A DNA stretch of 62,557 nt, the filler included, from Bipalium vagum (lineage: Eukaryota): assembly GCA_037834085.1 (NCBI GenBank). It is 3 parts of 3 records of this genome, joined end to end, with 100 filler letters (N's around TTAATTAATTAA, not from the genome) between each part and the next. Parts side by side here need not be neighbours in the genome. Positions count along the whole stretch, not along the records: positions 1 to 29,751 come from JBBMKC010017121.1; positions 29,852 to 46,532 come from JBBMKC010098382.1; 1 more part is not named here. One strand, 5' to 3'. Below are positions 22,410-36,100 of this stretch, piece after piece. Positions within the stretch are counted from its first letter, which is position 1. Each line of letters begins with the position of its first letter. A model generated the notes under the pieces. The model did no database searches. It was given only the letters and a program-made list of their open reading frames with translations, and was not told where the DNA came from. Position numbers and translations under genes: made by a program.

Positions 22410-23554
22410 TTATGAATTTATACAAAAAATTATGTTAAGATCATTTGTTAATAGCATTTAAAATATATTGACCATCAGTGTTTTGATATGAATTCTAAAT
22501 TTTAAGAAATTTTATAAAAATATTATTTATTTTATAACAATTTATAATTGTCACATGAATGGTTATGGGTATCTTTGTTCGATTTTAGTAATTAGTCAAT
22601 CACACAACAAAGCTCTACAGTGTGAACAGTTTTAACAAAAAAATTTGCCTTGTTACTTTCGATTATTAATTTAATACTGATTTTCTGAGAAATAAAATTT
22701 TAATCTTAGTGTTACTAATGCTAATTTGTAAAAATGTAAACTTATGAAATATGGATATTTTTTGTTTTACTACGTTGACAAAGAAAATGTGTTTGACTAA
22801 TTGCTTCGCATAATATAAATTTTGTTTGTATAAATTACGGTTTCATTTTGGTAATTTATGCAAATTGACCAATTCAAATCTTGAAAGTAGAAAATAAAAC
22901 CAATTTTAATTTACAAAAATTTATTTTTTCACAAGTATAAGTAATGTAAAATGAAAAAAAATTCTCTTCACAAACGCTCTATTTCGTCTTTGTATTGACG
23001 GTTAATTTTTGATTTATATAAAATAAAATTAGTTTAAATGCAGTGTAATGTCAATATGATTTAGAATTTTTATTGAACTTCATTTCAGTTTTAATTTTAA
23101 GAATAATTAACAGTTAGAACAATAAAGAAGAGTTTTTTTAGTAGTCTTAGGTTAAACATTATCTGAAATTAAAGTTTAGTTGTTACTACTAAAGTTAGAT
23201 CGAATGATATAATACTATTGATGTTTTAACTCCTTCAGCCTTCGATTATTTATTATCTTTACTTATTATTGGTAAGTACATTATAAGAAAACATGAAAAT
23301 ATAAAAAATATTTATGAAATTTTGATTTTTAATCGCGATTAAGTAATAAACAGTGTTAAGACTAAGGTAAGTTTTTGTTGCACTAAAAAATGATAAAGTT
23401 GTATTCATTTTTGAAAAAAATGTAATTACCTATTAATAATTTATTTATTAAAAGTCACAATTACTTTTTAAGTCACATCTTATAAAAAAGATACCTTTAC
23501 TTGTCTTAACACTGGACAAAATTGATGTGTTATCAAATAATTTTTGATATGATT

Positions 23555-24105
23555 CTACGCATTTCTATTTTTAAAAAGGTGATCCTTGGGTAGAATTTTC
23601 TTTAACTTTGAAACAATTTTCTCTACTGATATCGCGGTTGCTTGACACTGCCCGAGTAAACAATAATCAATTTGAGATATGTCATTGCAAGCTAATGTTG
23701 CTATTGTAGTTTCTAGCGCTTTTGCAATCATAATGCAATTTTGTTTCAATGCTCTCCAAAGGTAGTTTTTGTGAAATTCGAATGAGCCATTAACGTATAA
23801 TATGATTCTTTTTCTGATCCTCAACCAAATGTTTAAGTTCTGCATAATCTCTCTTTAAGGCGTATAAATCTTTAGGTAGGTCAACATTAGATAATGCTTC
23901 TTTAGCTCTAGTGACAAATAAGCCACCTCCAATGAACTTTTTAAAATATCTATTAGGGTAGGAAGGTTTTTCTCATAAAATAAAACCACTTTAGCCAAGA
24001 TTGCTATTTGGTAACTATATATATTTGGTTCAGGAGGAATTACAATGAATAAAAACTGGAATCTTCTTTGTCTTTTTTTTGTTATGCAAGCATTATGTAA
24101 ATTTA
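23555..24105 (-). pseudogene. hAT-related (CGGBP/DUF659-like) transposase relic
   Basis: IPPEP...FYEKNLP and CQATAISVEKIVSKLKKIL.KD..F resemble PPEP(V.TRW) and the hAT dimerisation motif (TS..VERSFS..K.IL). Frameshifted. Confidence 0.55.
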
Positions 24106-24109
24106 GCTC

Positions 24110-24580
24110 AAAGGATTTACCAAGGGGACCCAACGAGTTTGGGAGTCCCTAGGTGACCTGAAAAAGACCTAGAGGACGACCCGGAGACCCATTCTCGCTC
24201 CGGATTAGGATATTTTTCAATTTTGTTTTGTTTTGTTTTGTTTATCTTTATCCTTAATTTTTAATCTAAATTTTATTAAATGATATTGTATTGAATATTT
24301 GGTTTGAATTATTTATTTGTGATTGACTTGACGATTTTTAGAGATTTGAACGATTTTGATTGTGATTTTTGTGACTAGTGTAAATGTTGTTTTGAAGTAT
24401 TTAATAAAGTTTTATCGTGATTTTTTTGATTCTATTGGGGTATAGAAAAAGTTTTATTGTGGTATTTTTTTTCAGATCGAGTGTAAATTTGTACAGTTAC
24501 AATAGCAAAACGAACACAAAATTGAATAGTAAATTATTGATTTTCGAACGAAAGTTACTTGTTTCAGTTTGTGGTATAAT
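24110..24580 (+). mobile_element. LTR-like repeat, family D-related (3' part)
   Basis: 24403-24575 aligns with 1038-1190 (AATAAAG.TTTAT.GT, AAAGTTTTATTGTG, GAGT.TAAATTTGTA, CGAACA.AA, TTACTTG). GC-rich hairpins at 24124-24205. Confidence 0.5.
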
Positions 24581-24621
24581 TGTAATATAATTATTAAAAA
24601 ATCATTATTGCGAAATTTATA

Positions 24622-25110
24622 ATGGATATATTATTCGAACAACGAGTCTGTAAAAAATTTTGTTTAAATATTGGATTTCTTGTGCGGATGTTTGAAAATG
24701 TTGCAAGTCTTTCGGTGATGAAACAAGTGTTACAAGTTATTCAAAGACGGCAGAAAATCAGTTGAAAATGAACACCTTTTATGAAGACCACCAAGCGTAA
24801 CCAATGCAGAAAATATCAAGGAAGTAAAGAAGCACGTAGTATCTATTCGCCGAATAAATCAGAGAAATCTGGTACAGATTACTGGAATGTCAAAAGGATG
24901 TATTCAATCCATTTTAAAAAATGATTTAGGGAAGACTCGTATCTCTCTCGCCTTGTTCCTAAAACATTGAAATTTCATGAAAAACAACGAAGTGTTGAAG
25001 TTACCGAGCAGATGCTTTTAGTGAATGATAACTATTTGAAATGCATAAGCACGGTGATGAAACATGGATCTATGCTTATGACCCAAAAACCGCGCAACAA
25101 TCAAGTGAAT
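24622..25110 (+). pseudogene. mariner transposase N-terminal half relic
   Basis: EQRVCKKFC, YKLFKDGRKSVENE..RP, ILKNDLG..LVPKTL, and GDETWIYAYDP (first catalytic D). Confidence 0.85.
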
Positions 25111-26702
25111 ATGTATACGTGTACATGTAGCATCAAAAATTGTGGAGACATCACCTTTAGGTAATTTCCGGCAACAATTATATATGAAGATGTCTTAGAT
25201 GAAAAATGATTTTTCAATAAAATAATCTTTCAAGAGTTCATCAAACAGATTAACTACATATTTTAATCGATATTCACATTACAAATCATGTAGTCAAGTA
25301 AATAAATTTGTTTAGGATTTTTAATTGTTCCTACCATATTGACTAAAATATCTATTATTACAAAAATCTTTTTATCACTAATTATATCTTTAAAATAGCA
25401 GCAATAATTAGTACATGTGAACGGAGTGTTGATCCAGAAGGTATCGGCCTACGCGAGAGAAAACTTATTGTTAGTTCAACAGCCTGGCCACAATCCTCCA
25501 ATTCTTTTTTAAAATTCTTTTTATTTCTATTTTATAATGATTTTAATTATCATCTTTTCTCTATTATTTTATTAGTATTGTATTGGGTACTGTATTGTTG
25601 GACGATATTCTCAAAAAGCTGCTGTTCTCAAAACGCAAATCAACAGAAATCGGAAAATTGTGCGTATCTTCGAACATCAAGCGGAGCGCAACTCAGTGGA
25701 ATTTTCATCGGAATGTCGAAAAGCTGAAGATGACTCAAATTGAATTGAATGATATTGCCAATGATGAACCACAAAGCGAGACAGATGACAATGATGACGG
25801 ACAAAATCTGACTGATTGTGCAGACGAATTAATATAAAACTGTGACTGATTAAACTATCCTAAGTTATGTGATAAAATTTTCTTTTTTTATATTTTGTAA
25901 AAATGCTATACTAGGCTCATAGAAATGTGCAATTGATTTATGTTCAATATTATGTAAAAAATTGTGAAAATGCGATTAATTTTCAACTAAATAAACTTAA
26001 AAAATAAGAACTTAAATAATAAATAAAATTGGTACAGAAGAATACTTTTTAAATATTTTTTTGTCGGAAAGTTTTTAAAATTTAACTCAAAACTAACGTG
26101 CTTAAGAAAAACTTTAAAATCAAAAAATTTTACAAAGTAAATTTATTGATGAAATACATGGTTATCACTACTTTACATTTACAGAAGTAATATTTTCAAA
26201 GGACAGTTTCACGAAAAAACAGTAAAATATTCAAACAAACCTTTAAATACCCGAATGTTTTCCGATTCTCGTAACGAATAAAAACGATATAGAAATGAGG
26301 CGACTTTCATGTTAAAATGATCTGGATCCAGTGCAGTGACTAGAAATGAATTGTAAATGTTTATGGTTGAACAATATCATATTTTTCAGGATAAAATTAC
26401 ACTGTTTGTGGGTTGAACATCCTGATATCTTCACAGATTTTTCCGAATGATAGCAGAAACAAAAAATATTTCAGTGTTTAGATTAAAAGAGGCAGTAAAC
26501 ATCAAAAACAAAATGGTTAAGGTTTCAAACATTTTTTCTGGAAAGACTGAAACTTATTTCTGATGATATCAAGTCATTTTCCAAGACAAAAATATTGATC
26601 TTTGAATTAATTTCATAGCCATGATCCATACATTATTCGGCTGTTGATTCCTTTTAATATAGAAATCTAATATATCAGAAGAGTCTCAGAATTGACAGAC
26701 AC

Positions 26703-27446
26703 TCAATTTGATCCATGATCAAAGAATAAGGCACATGTTGAATTTGAACAAAATACAAATCTGTCAGAATGTTTTATGACAAAACCTTCAAAAGGTCTTA
26801 AAACTTTATATGAAGAGGTAGTGAAAAGTAACAGTTCTGATTTTATTTTTAATTTCTGGATTATAAAAATAGAAAAATTTATATACATCACTGGTACAAC
26901 GTAACAAATTCAAAAGATTTAAGGGTCCCAGGATGAAGGCAGAAATATTTCTATTTTTAATTTAGCATTTTCCTTTTTAGAAGATTGAAACGCATGAATT
27001 GATTGTAAGCTTTTGCTATGTTTTAAGAAAGTTTGTGGTATAATCTTTGTTTGGCTCATAAGTGATGTTTTCCTTGTTATATCTTCCTGAATGCCTTTAG
27101 ACTCATTGGGTTTGGATAATGTGCTTTGTTCAATTAATCTCCGAATTAATATGCTTCTTGATAAAGATAAATGATCTTCAGTGCATCTGCGGAGACATGG
27201 CATACATAATCCATTGTCAACAGGTGTTAGGGGTTTATTTTCCGAACAGACACTTACGGAATTCTTGAATATACATTTACAACCATGGTTTGTGGTCATA
27301 GGCTTAATTATAGAAATAAAGCTTCTGGGTTCTGGTTTGATTGATTTGACAGACTTACTAATCTTTGCTGAATAAAGAGATTTATATAGATTTTCAATCT
27401 TTGGAGGCTGGGGCTTTTTCAGTTGTTTTGAATCGGTTTGCATCAA
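26703..27446 (-). CDS. Hypothetical protein or decayed gene (175-aa ORF plus downstream exon-like segment)
   Basis: A 528-nt ORF in very AT-rich DNA with a TTTTCAG acceptor just upstream (~27470). No recognisable domain. Confidence 0.3.
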
Positions 27447-27542
27447 ATTCTATTTTTTTCATATATATCCTGAAAAAGAATGAAATTATCTCTTCGTAAC
27501 GTAATGAATCATAATTTCATCTAATAAAACTTAGTAATGACA

Positions 27543-27585
<43 letters not shown>

Positions 27586-29349
27586 TTTTCAGACACAGAA
27601 AATAAAAGTAAACCTATAATTTGTTTATTAATATTTTTCATAAATTATATTTTTAATCATAATATGAAAAAAAAATTATTCTTTATTTAGTATCTAATAA
27701 AATATAACATAATTTTGAATTAATTTAAAATTAAAAGTTAATAATAATATTATTATTTTAAATGAAATAATATTTAATTTTTGATATATTTTTTTTAAGA
27801 AATAATTATTTATTTTTTTGGTATTATTTCATTTCCGTTATTCTCAAAATTTTCCTCTAAATCTCAAAAGAAAATAAATAAAAAAATGTTATTTATCGAT
27901 GTCTTCTAATATTATAAAAATAACATTTTATTTTTGAACAAAAATCGTCAAACTCAGAACTTTTATTAAAGGATGAATGAAATATACAAAGACAAAAAAT
28001 AGAAACATAATGAAAAAATTTTAAGCTGGAAATGGGAGAACGATTTTTTTAAGTGCCCAATTTATAGAATTTATTTTTTTCACAAAACGTATACAAATAA
28101 CAGGGAATATCAATCTCCAGTTTGGAAAGTTTCATTGTATGTTAGAAAGTTGTTTGAATTTTTAACAAGGAGATTAAATAGAACAACTATTAAGGTAAAT
28201 CAGCAGAAAGTTTTGCATTTTATCATCAAAGATTTAGACACAAAATATAAAAAATACTATTATATTATTAATAATATTATGAAAATAATATTATTATAAG
28301 ACCGAATTAAAGGATGTGATCGCTGAAAAAGACTTCTTACTCTTTTCACAACCACATTATACCCATGCTTTCGCTCTTAGTAGTTTCTTCTTGTTTAATC
28401 ATCTAAAAAACATTTACGAGGACAGAAAATAAAGTTCAAAGAGGATCTAGTATAATTTTTCCCATAAAAACGAAACATCTTCTTTTCATTCGTAAATCGA
28501 TGGACGAAGTGTCTGGAAGCAGAATGTGCTGTGTAGAAAAATGATTCTCTATATTTAACTATATAGTTCATTTGTTGTAAATAAAGTTTCATATTAGGAT
28601 TTTTATCCAAAACACGCTATGCCATATGGAGTATATGTTATTATACCTCTTTTAAGTAGTGCTTATAAAAAGTTCTACATAAAAATATTCTACATAAACT
28701 TACCAGACTCATTGTGATTTTTGGAAGATTATTGAGATCTGATAGTTAAACGTTATTCCTTGTTTTTGTTATAATTGACATACCTTCAGAAGCAATAGAC
28801 AAGCGATTTAGATATTCCTAATGGTCTTGCACAAAGACATGGAAAATTGATTCTTTCAATATTAAATATATAATAGTGCATTATGCATGAATCTTTTGTA
28901 TATCTATTATTATTTTCATTGACAAAGACCTATAGAACTATTTGTATGTAAAGAAGGTTTATACAATAAAATACTCACATTTCTACAAAGGCTTATGAGA
29001 AATTATACAAAGATTTTACACTTATTTGTGATAATTGTGAATATACTGGTACTTGAGTTATTTTTATGAATTTTTTATAATTTAAAGTTCATGAGATCGT
29101 TAAAAGGGTTTTTATTTTTATTTTATTTTCCAGAACTATTTTGAACTTAATACGTGTATAATTGAATGATTTTCTCAGGTTGGAATCTAATAATAAGTCA
29201 AAAGCGTTTGTGGGAATGAATAAGGGTTTTTTATTCATTAAATATTATTAAATTTTAAAATCACGAGAAATTATAAAAAAGATAAAATATAATCTTTTGT
29301 ATTAAACAAATATTTGGATTAATAAACATTTCTGTATTTCATAGATACG

Positions 29350-29711
29350 GTATGGTCAAGAGCAAGTGTATTATTTTACGAAAATCAGAAGTTAATTATT
29401 ATATATCTGAACATCTCTCGAATCTTCAAAGGCCGATTTATTCCTAAGGATCTGTGGCCGCCCAGATCATCAGATTTAACACCACTTGATTACTTTTTGT
29501 TCGGTGCACTTAAGGAAAAAGTTATCTCAAAGAATCACCAGACTTAGAATGATTTGAAACAACATATTACTGATGCCATTGTATTAATAACTGACGAAAC
29601 TTTAGAAAAAGTTTTTATTAACTTGCGCAAAAGAATTCAGGTGTGTCTGCGTAAAAACGGTTGCCACTTTTAGCATTTACAGTGCGCGTAAAAAGTCTGT
29701 TCACCCCCTAT
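29350..29711 (+). pseudogene. Tc1/mariner-superfamily transposase C-terminal relic with TIR
   Basis: LWPPRSSDLTPLDYFLFGALKEKV...DLKQHITDAI...CLRKNGCHF*HL matches WPPRSPDLTPLDFFLWG..K / C....G.HF. Ends in TTCACCCCC|TA. Confidence 0.8.
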
Positions 29712-29751
29712 AAAAAATACTAATTTTAATTGAAAAGAATATTTTAAACAA

Positions 29752-29851
29752 NNNNNNNNNNNNNNNNNNNNNNNNNNNNNNNNNNNNNNNNNNNNTTAAT
29801 TAATTAANNNNNNNNNNNNNNNNNNNNNNNNNNNNNNNNNNNNNNNNNNNN
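29752..29851. other. Artificial contig linker (N44-TTAATTAATTAA-N44)
   Basis: 100-nt gap with a central 12-mer giving stops in all six frames. Identical design at 46533-46632. Confidence 0.97.
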
Positions 29852-30226
29852 TCTCAAAATTCTATTTTTAGTAACTTATTGTTACTTAAAAATTTTTCTT
29901 TAACAAATATAATAATAATATCTATATTATTTAATTATTATTAAAATTATTAATTATTATTGTTATTATCGATTATTTAATTATTTTTCTATCAGAATTG
30001 TTTTAACAACTACACAATAAAATATTTTAACAATAAATACATATATTTTTCATTCATAAAAATGTTAATTCACATTCATGCACCATGTTATGAAAGAATA
30101 AAGAAAGATAATAAAAGGATCATGCACACGTGAGATAATTGTTAATAATTGTTAATTGTAAAGTTTGTTGTTGGTTCTTGGTGGTTGATGTTTGGGATGT
30201 TGATTGGGATCCTCGTAGTCTCCACA
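29852..30226 (-). mobile_element. Family-A LTR end (truncated by gap)
   Basis: TAGTAACTTATTGTTACTTAAAATTTTTCTT, CAGAATTGTTT and CGTAGTCTCCACA match 18380-18754. Confidence 0.8.
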
Positions 30227-30935
30227 GATACAAAGAAGATATTCGTTGGCACGGACAGAAGGAAGATATAAATAAAAAGGATTATTGAAGGAAATTTGAG
30301 ATCAACCGACGACAAAGGATTATTGAAGGAAATTCGAGATCAACCGACGACAAAGGATTATCGAGAATATTCGTCACAGGAAGACGCCTATCGAAACCCC
30401 AGGAACCAAGTATTAATATTTTCCGTGCTATGATTTGGCCATGCTTAAAATTCCCCACAGAGGGTTATCGGTGAGCAGCCGTTAGGGCTCGGACGATAAC
30501 TCGGGAGTTTTAAAAAAAAGGAACAAACTGTAAGATTTTTCCTTTTTCTTTTATTTTTCTTTTTCTAAGTAAATATTGACTAATAATTAATATTTTGTTT
30601 TGATTTTAACATTTTGTCTTAATTGACATTTGATTATTATTGAATTCGATTAATTCATTCTGACTATATTTGATGATTATTATATTCGATTAAACATTAC
30701 ATTTGATTAATTCTTTGCAATTATATTTGTGTTATGCTTGATCCGATAGTGTAAGGGTTGTGTAAAATTTCAGACATTAATTGTGATCCCAGACTCTTGC
30801 ATTATCTTTTGTAATTCCGTGTATTGTATTTTGTGTTTGTGTATAAATAAAATTGTTTCTTTACTGATTGTTTTTATTTGTACCACATAAGATTTGGAGT
30901 CAGGTCTTAATTTGATACCCTAAATATTAATCACT
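30227..30935 (+). mobile_element. LTR-like fragment, family C, with a 38-bp tandem repeat
   Basis: AAAGGATTATTGAAGGAAATTYGAGATCAACCGACGAC x2.3 (30276-30362), a GC hairpin at 30462-30502, a T/G-rich tract, AATAAA at ~30846 and a terminal hairpin ending ..AATCA. Called from architecture only; no second copy in the window. Confidence 0.35.
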
Positions 30936-32070
30936 ATAAAGATGTCATTCATGTAAATGAAGACTATGTTATTTAAATAAAGCTTCATTTGCTCTAAATC
31001 TTCTTTTATTCAAAAAGAGATTATTTAATCTCATTACTTTTTAGACACACTAAATATTAACCAAAACTACAATAGTAATCAAATCAATATTATAGCAGGA
31101 ACTGTCTACATTAATACGAATGCTATCATTTACCTAATGACTAATCGATCAGTTATCCAAATGAAAAGTACAAGAATTGAATCGAAAATGACAATCAAAT
31201 CGATATGATACAAATAATTTGGCTAAAAAAATCAATAAAACATTATAACTTCGTATTACCTAGGTTGGAGTATCACGAAACGACCCGGGTCTAATACAAT
31301 ACTTGCAAATCTACATTTTTAAAACTATCTCTTATTATAAATCATATATCCAAAAAGCTTTTAAAGTCACCCATTCAAATCAATTTAAATTATGAATAAC
31401 TTTTAGGTCGCCTTTATTTTAAATTAGAATACCAATTTATTTTTCAATCAATGTTTATTTGCAAAAGTTGTTTCAAGAATTACAGGGAGTCATGTGAATC
31501 TATTATCTATTCTTTATGGAACCAGTATTCGAGTCATATTGATCCGGACTCACAAAATGTGACGGGAAATATAGTAAAGATAATTATATTATGTATAATT
31601 ATGTAAAATGATTATTAGTGCCCTAAAAGAGAACATATAAAAATTTTGACATACCCGTTAAACTAAAATAGTGATGAAATAATGAAAGTTTCAAGATTTG
31701 TTTTGAAAGATAATTTATTAAGAGAAGGATAGTCTTTCGAGTCACAAAAACGACAATAGGTAAGCCACTTCAGAAGAAGAGCGATACGAAGAGAAACATC
31801 TACTATAAAAAGTTTTAAACTACTATCGAAGAATCAGTTCAATTAGCGGAAATATTATTCTACAAGGTGGTGTTCAATAATTAATTCTTATTTTTTTTAT
31901 CAATATGATATTTTTTTCTTAACAACTAACCAAGGGTAACCAAGATGTCATACTTAAAAAAAATCTTATTCGAATAGTTGTTTCATTTGTAATCCCTAAA
32001 GTAGCGTTAGCAGCACCTACTGCGGCCTAGTATAAATGATGAACAAAACATAGTCTCCCACACTTATTAT

Positions 32071-32635
32071 TGTTGGGTTTGCCAAATTAACAACCGTGAA
32101 ATAATGAAAATAATAATATTAATATTAATTAAAATTTTTTAAAAATTAAAAAAAATTTTCTAAAGCAATATATCAAAATTATTTTTTAAGGGAAATGCGT
32201 CCCGTCGTGGGGACTAAAATCTTATTTTGAATAAATTATTTTTTCCAACAAGTTTTACCTCGCGGTAGCGATAGAGTTTGATTAATGGCTATTAGGGGAT
32301 TCCTAATACCTAATCATAGGAATTGGTTATGGTAGACCAATCTCTACGACTATATAAAAATTCGAATATTCTCAGAAAGCCGCCAAGAAAACGACAAAGA
32401 CTGCAGTGTTCTTATTCTAATGACGGCATAATTTGTAGAAGAAGATTCGAAGCCGAGAATTGAAATTTTTATACGAGGACTTTTGGCGAAGACGATTCCA
32501 GTTTATCATTTTTGTAGAAATATCATTTCATTGTTGATTTGATAATTTGAAAAAATTATTTCTAAAAATTGCAAAGTATTACTGAACTGAAAGCACTATT
32601 ATCGAGATCTCGAAAATCAAATATGCTAAATACAA
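32071..32635 (+). mobile_element. Solo-LTR-like repeat, family D (copy upstream of GCN1)
   Basis: Starts TGTTGGGTTTGCCAAA. ACCAATCTCTACGACTATATAAA at 32336-32358 is identical to 788-810. 3' boundary uncertain. Confidence 0.55.
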
Positions 32636-33128
32636 TATTTTCTAAAATAAGAGTTTATATATATTTATGTTTTTTCACAGTTCTTAGTAAAAATTTTTAT
32701 ACTTTTACATAATTATTTATTTTTATTTAAATTTAATAAAAAAATTACGGAAAAGGAAAATTATTTCCTGAGATTTTGTGTTGAAATCATTTCGTTGAAT
32801 TGTATTTTTTTAGTCAAAATTAGAGCTAATGGTTACTTTATTTAAATAATTTTAATTTTTAAAATTAAATTTACTGTTATAACAGGAAATAAAATTAATT
32901 AATAATTATTAATTTTATATAAATTAAAATTGTAAAACTTAAAAATAGACAGTATAAAAAACAATAAATAAAAAAGGTCACTTAGAAGTGATTATTATGA
33001 TTATATAATTGAATTTTTGTTAAAATGTTTTGTTTCAATTAGTTCATAATTTAAAATTATCATAGTTAATGTAAGCTACGAATTCGTGTCGGTTTCTCTA
33101 AATTAATTTTCCCAAATTTTTATTTAAG

Positions 33129-36100
33129 ATGAATAATACAAATTCAGAGTGTAACTTGTTAATTCGGTTTTTTAATGAACAAACTGATGAAAATCTGCAA
33201 GATTGTCTACGTAAACAATTTATCTTTCACCAAACATCTTTAATTTTCTATATTCAGGGAACGTTTCTTCAGAAGACATCAAGCATTTTCTCAGTTATTT
33301 GAGCACGTTTATTTTAACAGATATGAACAAAAAATCTCAACTCAATATTCTGAAATTGATCAACGAACTTTACAAAAGCTATCCCAATGAAATAATCAAT
33401 CATTTAAAGCTTTCTTTGACACATTTAGCAAAACTCTTAATGTCTGCTCACAATTCTGTGAATGGCAATTGTGGATTGGGTTCCTCTTCGTATTTTGGTC
33501 TGAAAATTCTGACGACAATCTTCTCGGTTTCCCAAGAAAATTACAAGGACAATTTGAAAAATCTGCTACAATTTTTTATCCTGTTACCATCCGGATGTTT
33601 TCTAAGTGGGCAAAGGTCGATCATAACAGCCTGTAGGAAACTAATAACCAAGTTCCTCTTGAACTCTCCTTTAACGGAGCAGGTAGTTTCACTCATTAAT
33701 TCATCTGAGCCGAAACTTGCCTTTCTTACTTTCCTCTCATTGGTCAGTGAGCTATCTTCCATCAGACCTCGACTGGATCCTGAAACATTGATGTCCTATA
33801 TCAAATTATTCTTCAGCGATAAGCACGTGGTTCCAGACAATCTCATGGCAATCTTGAAACCTATTTTGGAACAATCAATCGACTCTAAATTACGTTTCGA
33901 CGAAGTGCTATTGCCAATTATCACCAGAATGAGCCTGAGATCACCAGAAAAATCTCTGCGAATCATTCGGTCCGTATTGAGTCAACTGAACCATTTAGAT
34001 TTGAGCTCACAAAGCGATGAGTTATCGCGAGTTTTTTGTATCCAGCTGCAATCAAAATCGGAATCTTTGAGAACAGAAGCCAAAGAATGTTTGTTGATCG
34101 TTGCCTCGCTTTCATCCGATTGGGAATCGATTCGAAGAATCGTTTTACAGATCGATACTGTTCTCAATCGATCGGGATCGGAGAAAATAACGGGCGTAGA
34201 GATTCGACAATTGATTTGGACCACTTTATCTGAATTGGCCAATCGAATATCACTTGGTAACCCGGTAACCAAGGAACAATTGGCCGAATCAGTTGTCAAG
34301 GTTGTCACGCAATTGATCGATCGCGAAAGCCTGGAACCTATTATCTTGACTGCACTGGACAGCCTGTCGTCTTGGTCAAAGCTGTTACCTGATCATGTAC
34401 CAGATACCATTGTCACGTGGCTAAGGAATGCTATTGGCAACGCGAAGTCGTCTTCGGTTTTGAGAACCAACCAACTGATTTGTCTGGCCAGTTGTTATGG
34501 CGATTCACGGGAAAAGTTGACGGGGCTGAAACCAATATTGCCACAACTACAAGAGCTACTGGAACGAAATTCCAAATCACCCGCTACAATTTCCAACGTG
34601 CACGAGGTACTGCCAATGTTGGAAACTGTGCTACGTTATTGGTTGGAAACAGAATCGGCGAATCCAGATTTCGATTTTCTGCAATCAAATCAACATCAAT
34701 CTTTGAATTTGGCTCTGTCATTCCTGGGACTGCACAAGAATCCAATTGCCAACGTAAAACTGTTCAACGACCAATCGCTATTAAGTGCAACGCGTCACGG
34801 TTTACGATCCATTGTTTCATTAATTCGTTTTGTTTTTGTACACTTTTCTGATTTGATCAATATTGATCATCGATATTCCGGTGATGGTCAGCTGCGATCG
34901 ATGATGCTTAAATCGTTGTTCCATTGCTGTCTCCATGATGATTATTTTGGGGTCAGAAAACCGGCTTTGGAAGCGTTATACCAATTGGTGCGTACGGCAC
35001 ACGGAAACGAAATTATCGATTGGGTGTTGACTTATTTATCGAGTTGGAATTTGACGAATGAACAATCGATTTTGTCCAATTGGCTGTGGCAGACAATCGA
35101 TCAAAATCAATCGGTTGAATCAATGCTTGTATCAATTCATGATCGAGAATCATTTAGACCTTTTGTACAGAAACTGATTCAAATTATCGATTGTGTTTTG
35201 AAATTGGATAATACCACCATCGCAACTATTACAAACAACAACAACATCAATAATAATACTAATGGAAAATCGATAATTTCAAAAATATATAATGGTAACA
35301 GTCAAAGATTTCCTGATTGGTGCACAAGTGAAGTGCGAGTATCAATCATGAGCAGAAGCTTGCGACCAATCAATCAATTGATGATCACTCATTTCGAATT
35401 GGATTTGTGGGCTAAGCACGCCCAGAATTTGATTGATAGTCCGGACCAAGTTGTTGACGATGTCGGTTCTGAGATTATCGATCGATTGATCAATCTGACG
35501 GAGCTCGACAGGAACAATGAACAATTGATTCGGTGCATTTGTCGAAATTTCTCAGATTCATTTATCGATCGAGTTATTGATGCGGTAATTGGGAAATTGT
35601 CCAATGGTAAATTGATCGATTGTACGGAAGATGAAGTTGGAATAATGAATACAGTGGATGGATATTTGTATAACAAAACATTGCTACACAGGTAATCAAT
35701 TATTATATATTGATGTTATGGATTTTTTTTAACGATGAATATTAATTATATTTTTGATTAATCTTATCGAGCTTTACTATTCATTAATATTATTGGTAGT
35801 TAATATGGGTTACATTAGTACTATCATTATTTATATATTATTATTAATTTATTTATTTTCTCAGTTTACCAAAGTACAATATGTCTCAGGCCAATATCAA
35901 ACGAGAAAACAAATTATATTCCTACAAAGACCAAATGGCAGAATTAGAAATTCGAAAGGAAATGGAAAATAAAAAGAAACAGAAACAGCATCAATCGAAT
36001 TCTGTAGTTAAAGACAACCATCTGAAGAGTTTGTCGAGTCAACTAACGAAAAATCAGATGGAACAGGTCAATGTTGAGCTGGAAAAGGAAAAGAAAATCC

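Noticed and set aside
30276-30362. Direct repeats as a possible CRISPR array
   Set aside because: Head-to-tail 38-bp tandem duplication with no unique spacers, no cas genes, and a eukaryotic context.
31245-31256. ATAACTTCGTAT, 12 nt identical to a loxP arm
   Set aside because: No second inverted arm after an 8-nt spacer; a chance match in AT-rich DNA.
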